From contig JASLZZ010000078.1 of NCBI GenBank assembly GCA_030754595.1, positions 1 to 64,000 on the forward strand: a DNA stretch of 64,000 bases, given 5' to 3'. This stretch comes from Nitrospinota bacterium. GTDB lineage: Bacteria; UBA8248. Under the pieces are notes generated by a model. That model saw only the letters and a list, made by a program, of their open reading frames with translations. It was not told where the DNA came from and did not search any database. Below, in pieces: positions 62,283 through 64,000 of the stretch (the stretch's first letter is position 1; each line of letters opens with the position of its first letter). Made by a program: the position numbers and the translations under genes.

Positions 62283-63303
62283 TTTCCACCCCCGGTTTTC
62301 GCGCCTCGTCCGCGCCTTCTCCGGCCGCCTCCGTTCCGGAATCGTCCTCGGCGGCATCCGCCGCTCCGGTGGCGTTCCGCTGGCCCGCGAGGAGATAAAG
62401 AATCCCCATCCGGCAGGCAACGCCGTACTCCACCTGCTCGAGGATGACCGAGAACGGCCCGTCGGCTACGTCGGGCGACATCTCGACTCCCCGGTTGATG
62501 GGCCCGGGATGCATGATGAGCAGGTCCGGCTTCGCCCCCTGGAGGCGTTTTCGATTGATGCCGTAGGTGTTGGCGTACTCCCTCGCGCTCGGGAAGGCGG
62601 CGCCCCCCCCGCGCTCGAGTTGTATCCGAAGGGCCATGAGGACGTCGGACCACTCGATGGCCTCTTCGACCCGGGTCGTCACTCGCGCCCCGAGGCTCTC
62701 GGCCTCGGCGGGAAGCATCGTCCGGGGGCCGCAGATCATGACCTCGGCCCCGAGCTTGGCGAGGGCGACGATGTTCGAGCGGGCGACCCGGCTCCGGGCG
62801 ATGTCGCCGACAATCGAGACGTGAAGGCCCCCGAATTCCTTTTTGTGCTCCCGGATGGTGTAGAGGTCCAGAAGGGCCTGGGTGGGGTGCTCGTGGCAGC
62901 CGTCCCCGGCGTTCACGACCCCGCAGCGAAGCTCCCGGGCCAGGTAGGCCGGGGCCCCCGAGGCCGGGTGGCGGACGACGACGACATCGGTGGCCATCGC
63001 CTCGATGTTCCGGGCGGTGTCGCGCAGGGTCTCCCCCTTCTGCGCGGCGCTGACGGCTGCGGAGATATTGATAACGTCGGCCGAGAGGCGTTTTCCGGCG
63101 ATCTCGAAACTCGTCCGCGTCCGGGTCGAGGGCTCGAAGAAGAGATTCACCACCGTCTTGCCCCTAAGGGAGGGGACTTTCTTGATCTCGCGCTCGTTCA
63201 CCTCCCGGAACGAGTCGGTTATTTCGAGCAAAAAGAGAATCTCTCCCGGAGATAGGTCCCGGATGGAGAGCAGATCTTTTCGATGAAACGGTTCCGGCTT
63301 CAT
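62266..63303 (-). CDS. pyrB: aspartate carbamoyltransferase catalytic subunit
   Basis: [26 protein letters not shown] and MHPGP.NRG motifs. Confidence 0.97.
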   Translation of the reverse strand: MKPEPFHRKDLLSIRDLSPGEILFLLEITDSFREVNEREIKKVPSLRGKTVVNLFFEPSTRTRTSFEIAGKRLSADVINISAAVSAAQKGETLRDTARNIEAMATDVVVVRHPASGAPAYLARELRCGVVNAGDGCHEHPTQALLDLYTIREHKKEFGGLHVSIVGDIARSRVARSNIVALAKLGAEVMICGPRTMLPAEAESLGARVTTRVEEAIEWSDVLMALRIQLERGGGAAFPSAREYANTYGINRKRLQGAKPDLLIMHPGPINRGVEMSPDVADGPFSVILEQVEYGVACRMGILYLLAGQRNATGAADAAEDDSGTEAAGEGADEARKPGVENAVAH

Positions 63304-63899
63304 GACGAATCCTCCGGGGCTGCGGGGTGCTCGTCGATATCTTTCCGAATATGGCGCTTCGCGAAGTCGGGCGAGTCCTGCACGACGATGGCGTCGAGCC
63401 CGTCGCTTTCCTCGAAGAGGACCTGGACCTCCTCGTCCGGCAGGACTTCCATGTTCCGGCCGACGAAATCCGCCCGGACGGGCAGCTCGCGTCCTCCCCG
63501 GTCCACGGCGACGGCGAGCAGGACCCGCCCCGGCCGGCCGAAATTTACGAGGGCGGCCAGCGCCGCCCGGACCGTCCGGCCCGTAAACAGAACGTCGTCC
63601 ACCAAAACGATGTCTTTCCCCTCGCAGGAGAAGGAGATGTCCGTCTTCCGGAGCCGCCGGCGGGCGCCCCCCTCGCGGTCGAGATCGTCGCGGTAGAGGG
63701 TCACGTCGAGCGCGCCCACGGGCGGGCGGACCCGCGCCAGCTCCTCGATGATCCGGGCCAGCCTTTCGGCCAGCGTCACACCCCGGGTGCGGATGCCGAC
63801 GAGGGCGAGCGAGCTCGGATCGCCGATCTGCTCGATAATTTCGTGGGAAAGGCGCTTGAGCGTCCGGCGGAGCTGGTCGGCCCCGATCTCCTCAGGCAC
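63300..63899 (-). CDS. pyrR: pyr operon attenuation protein / uracil phosphoribosyltransferase
   Basis: [36 protein letters not shown] and RELP.RAD motifs; GTG start. Confidence 0.93.
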   Translation of the reverse strand: MPEEIGADQLRRTLKRLSHEIIEQIGDPSSLALVGIRTRGVTLAERLARIIEELARVRPPVGALDVTLYRDDLDREGGARRRLRKTDISFSCEGKDIVLVDDVLFTGRTVRAALAALVNFGRPGRVLLAVAVDRGGRELPVRADFVGRNMEVLPDEEVQVLFEESDGLDAIVVQDSPDFAKRHIRKDIDEHPAAPEDSS

Positions 63900-63964
63900 C
63901 GGTCCGGCCCTCCACGCTCGGAGAAGCAAGCACATCCGGGGAATCGAACACAGCCGGAGAGGTG

Positions 63965-63996
63965 AAAAAAAACCTCCATTCCATCCGGATTGGAGG
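63965..63996 (-). terminator. intrinsic terminator in the pyrR leader (attenuator)
   Basis: Minus strand CCTCCA-A-TCC-GGAT-GGA-A-TGGAGG followed by T8, about 65 nt upstream of pyrR. Confidence 0.7.
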
Positions 63997-64000
63997 CCAG

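Overview
A bacterial chromosomal segment made up mostly of housekeeping genes on the minus strand. No integrase, transposase, CRISPR array or rRNA is visible, and taxonomy cannot be fixed from this window. From left to right: (1) a possible tRNA 5' end, a Cys-rich miniprotein, a cyclase, an FmdB protein, ilvE, a 2-hydroxyacid dehydrogenase, nadX and a Crp-family regulator; (2) an aromatic amino acid/translation block (trpEGDC, hydrolase, pheA-hisC-tyrA-cmk-rpsA-sppA-ihfB-macro-miaA-aroK-aroC); (3) uvrA-truA, two SDRs and a TCA cluster (icd-mdh-two-subunit fumarase-sucCD-ndk); (4) rsmA and a GT9; (5) an accessory patch at 36-39 kb; (6) lepAB, two HtrA proteases, dgt, alkA, a NodIJ-like ABC exporter, gdhA and tal; (7) pyrR-pyrB-pyrC-carA, an insertion, then carB. 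The best-supported hidden signal is a selenoprotein gene at 36190-36693: a C-GCAxxG-C-C family ORF split in the ORF track by an in-frame TGA at the first conserved Cys, followed by a SECIS-like hairpin. Other notable signals are a candidate trp attenuator with a leader peptide and an anti-Shine-Dalgarno loop hairpin; a low-GC DUF2235 pseudogene bracketed by ~50-bp direct repeats containing IHF consensus sites; a candidate structured ncRNA at 192-338; sharp AT-rich synonymous-codon patches inside GC-rich carB and pyrC; and several in-frame micro-duplications. All gene calls come from motif recognition by eye; no database searches were run.
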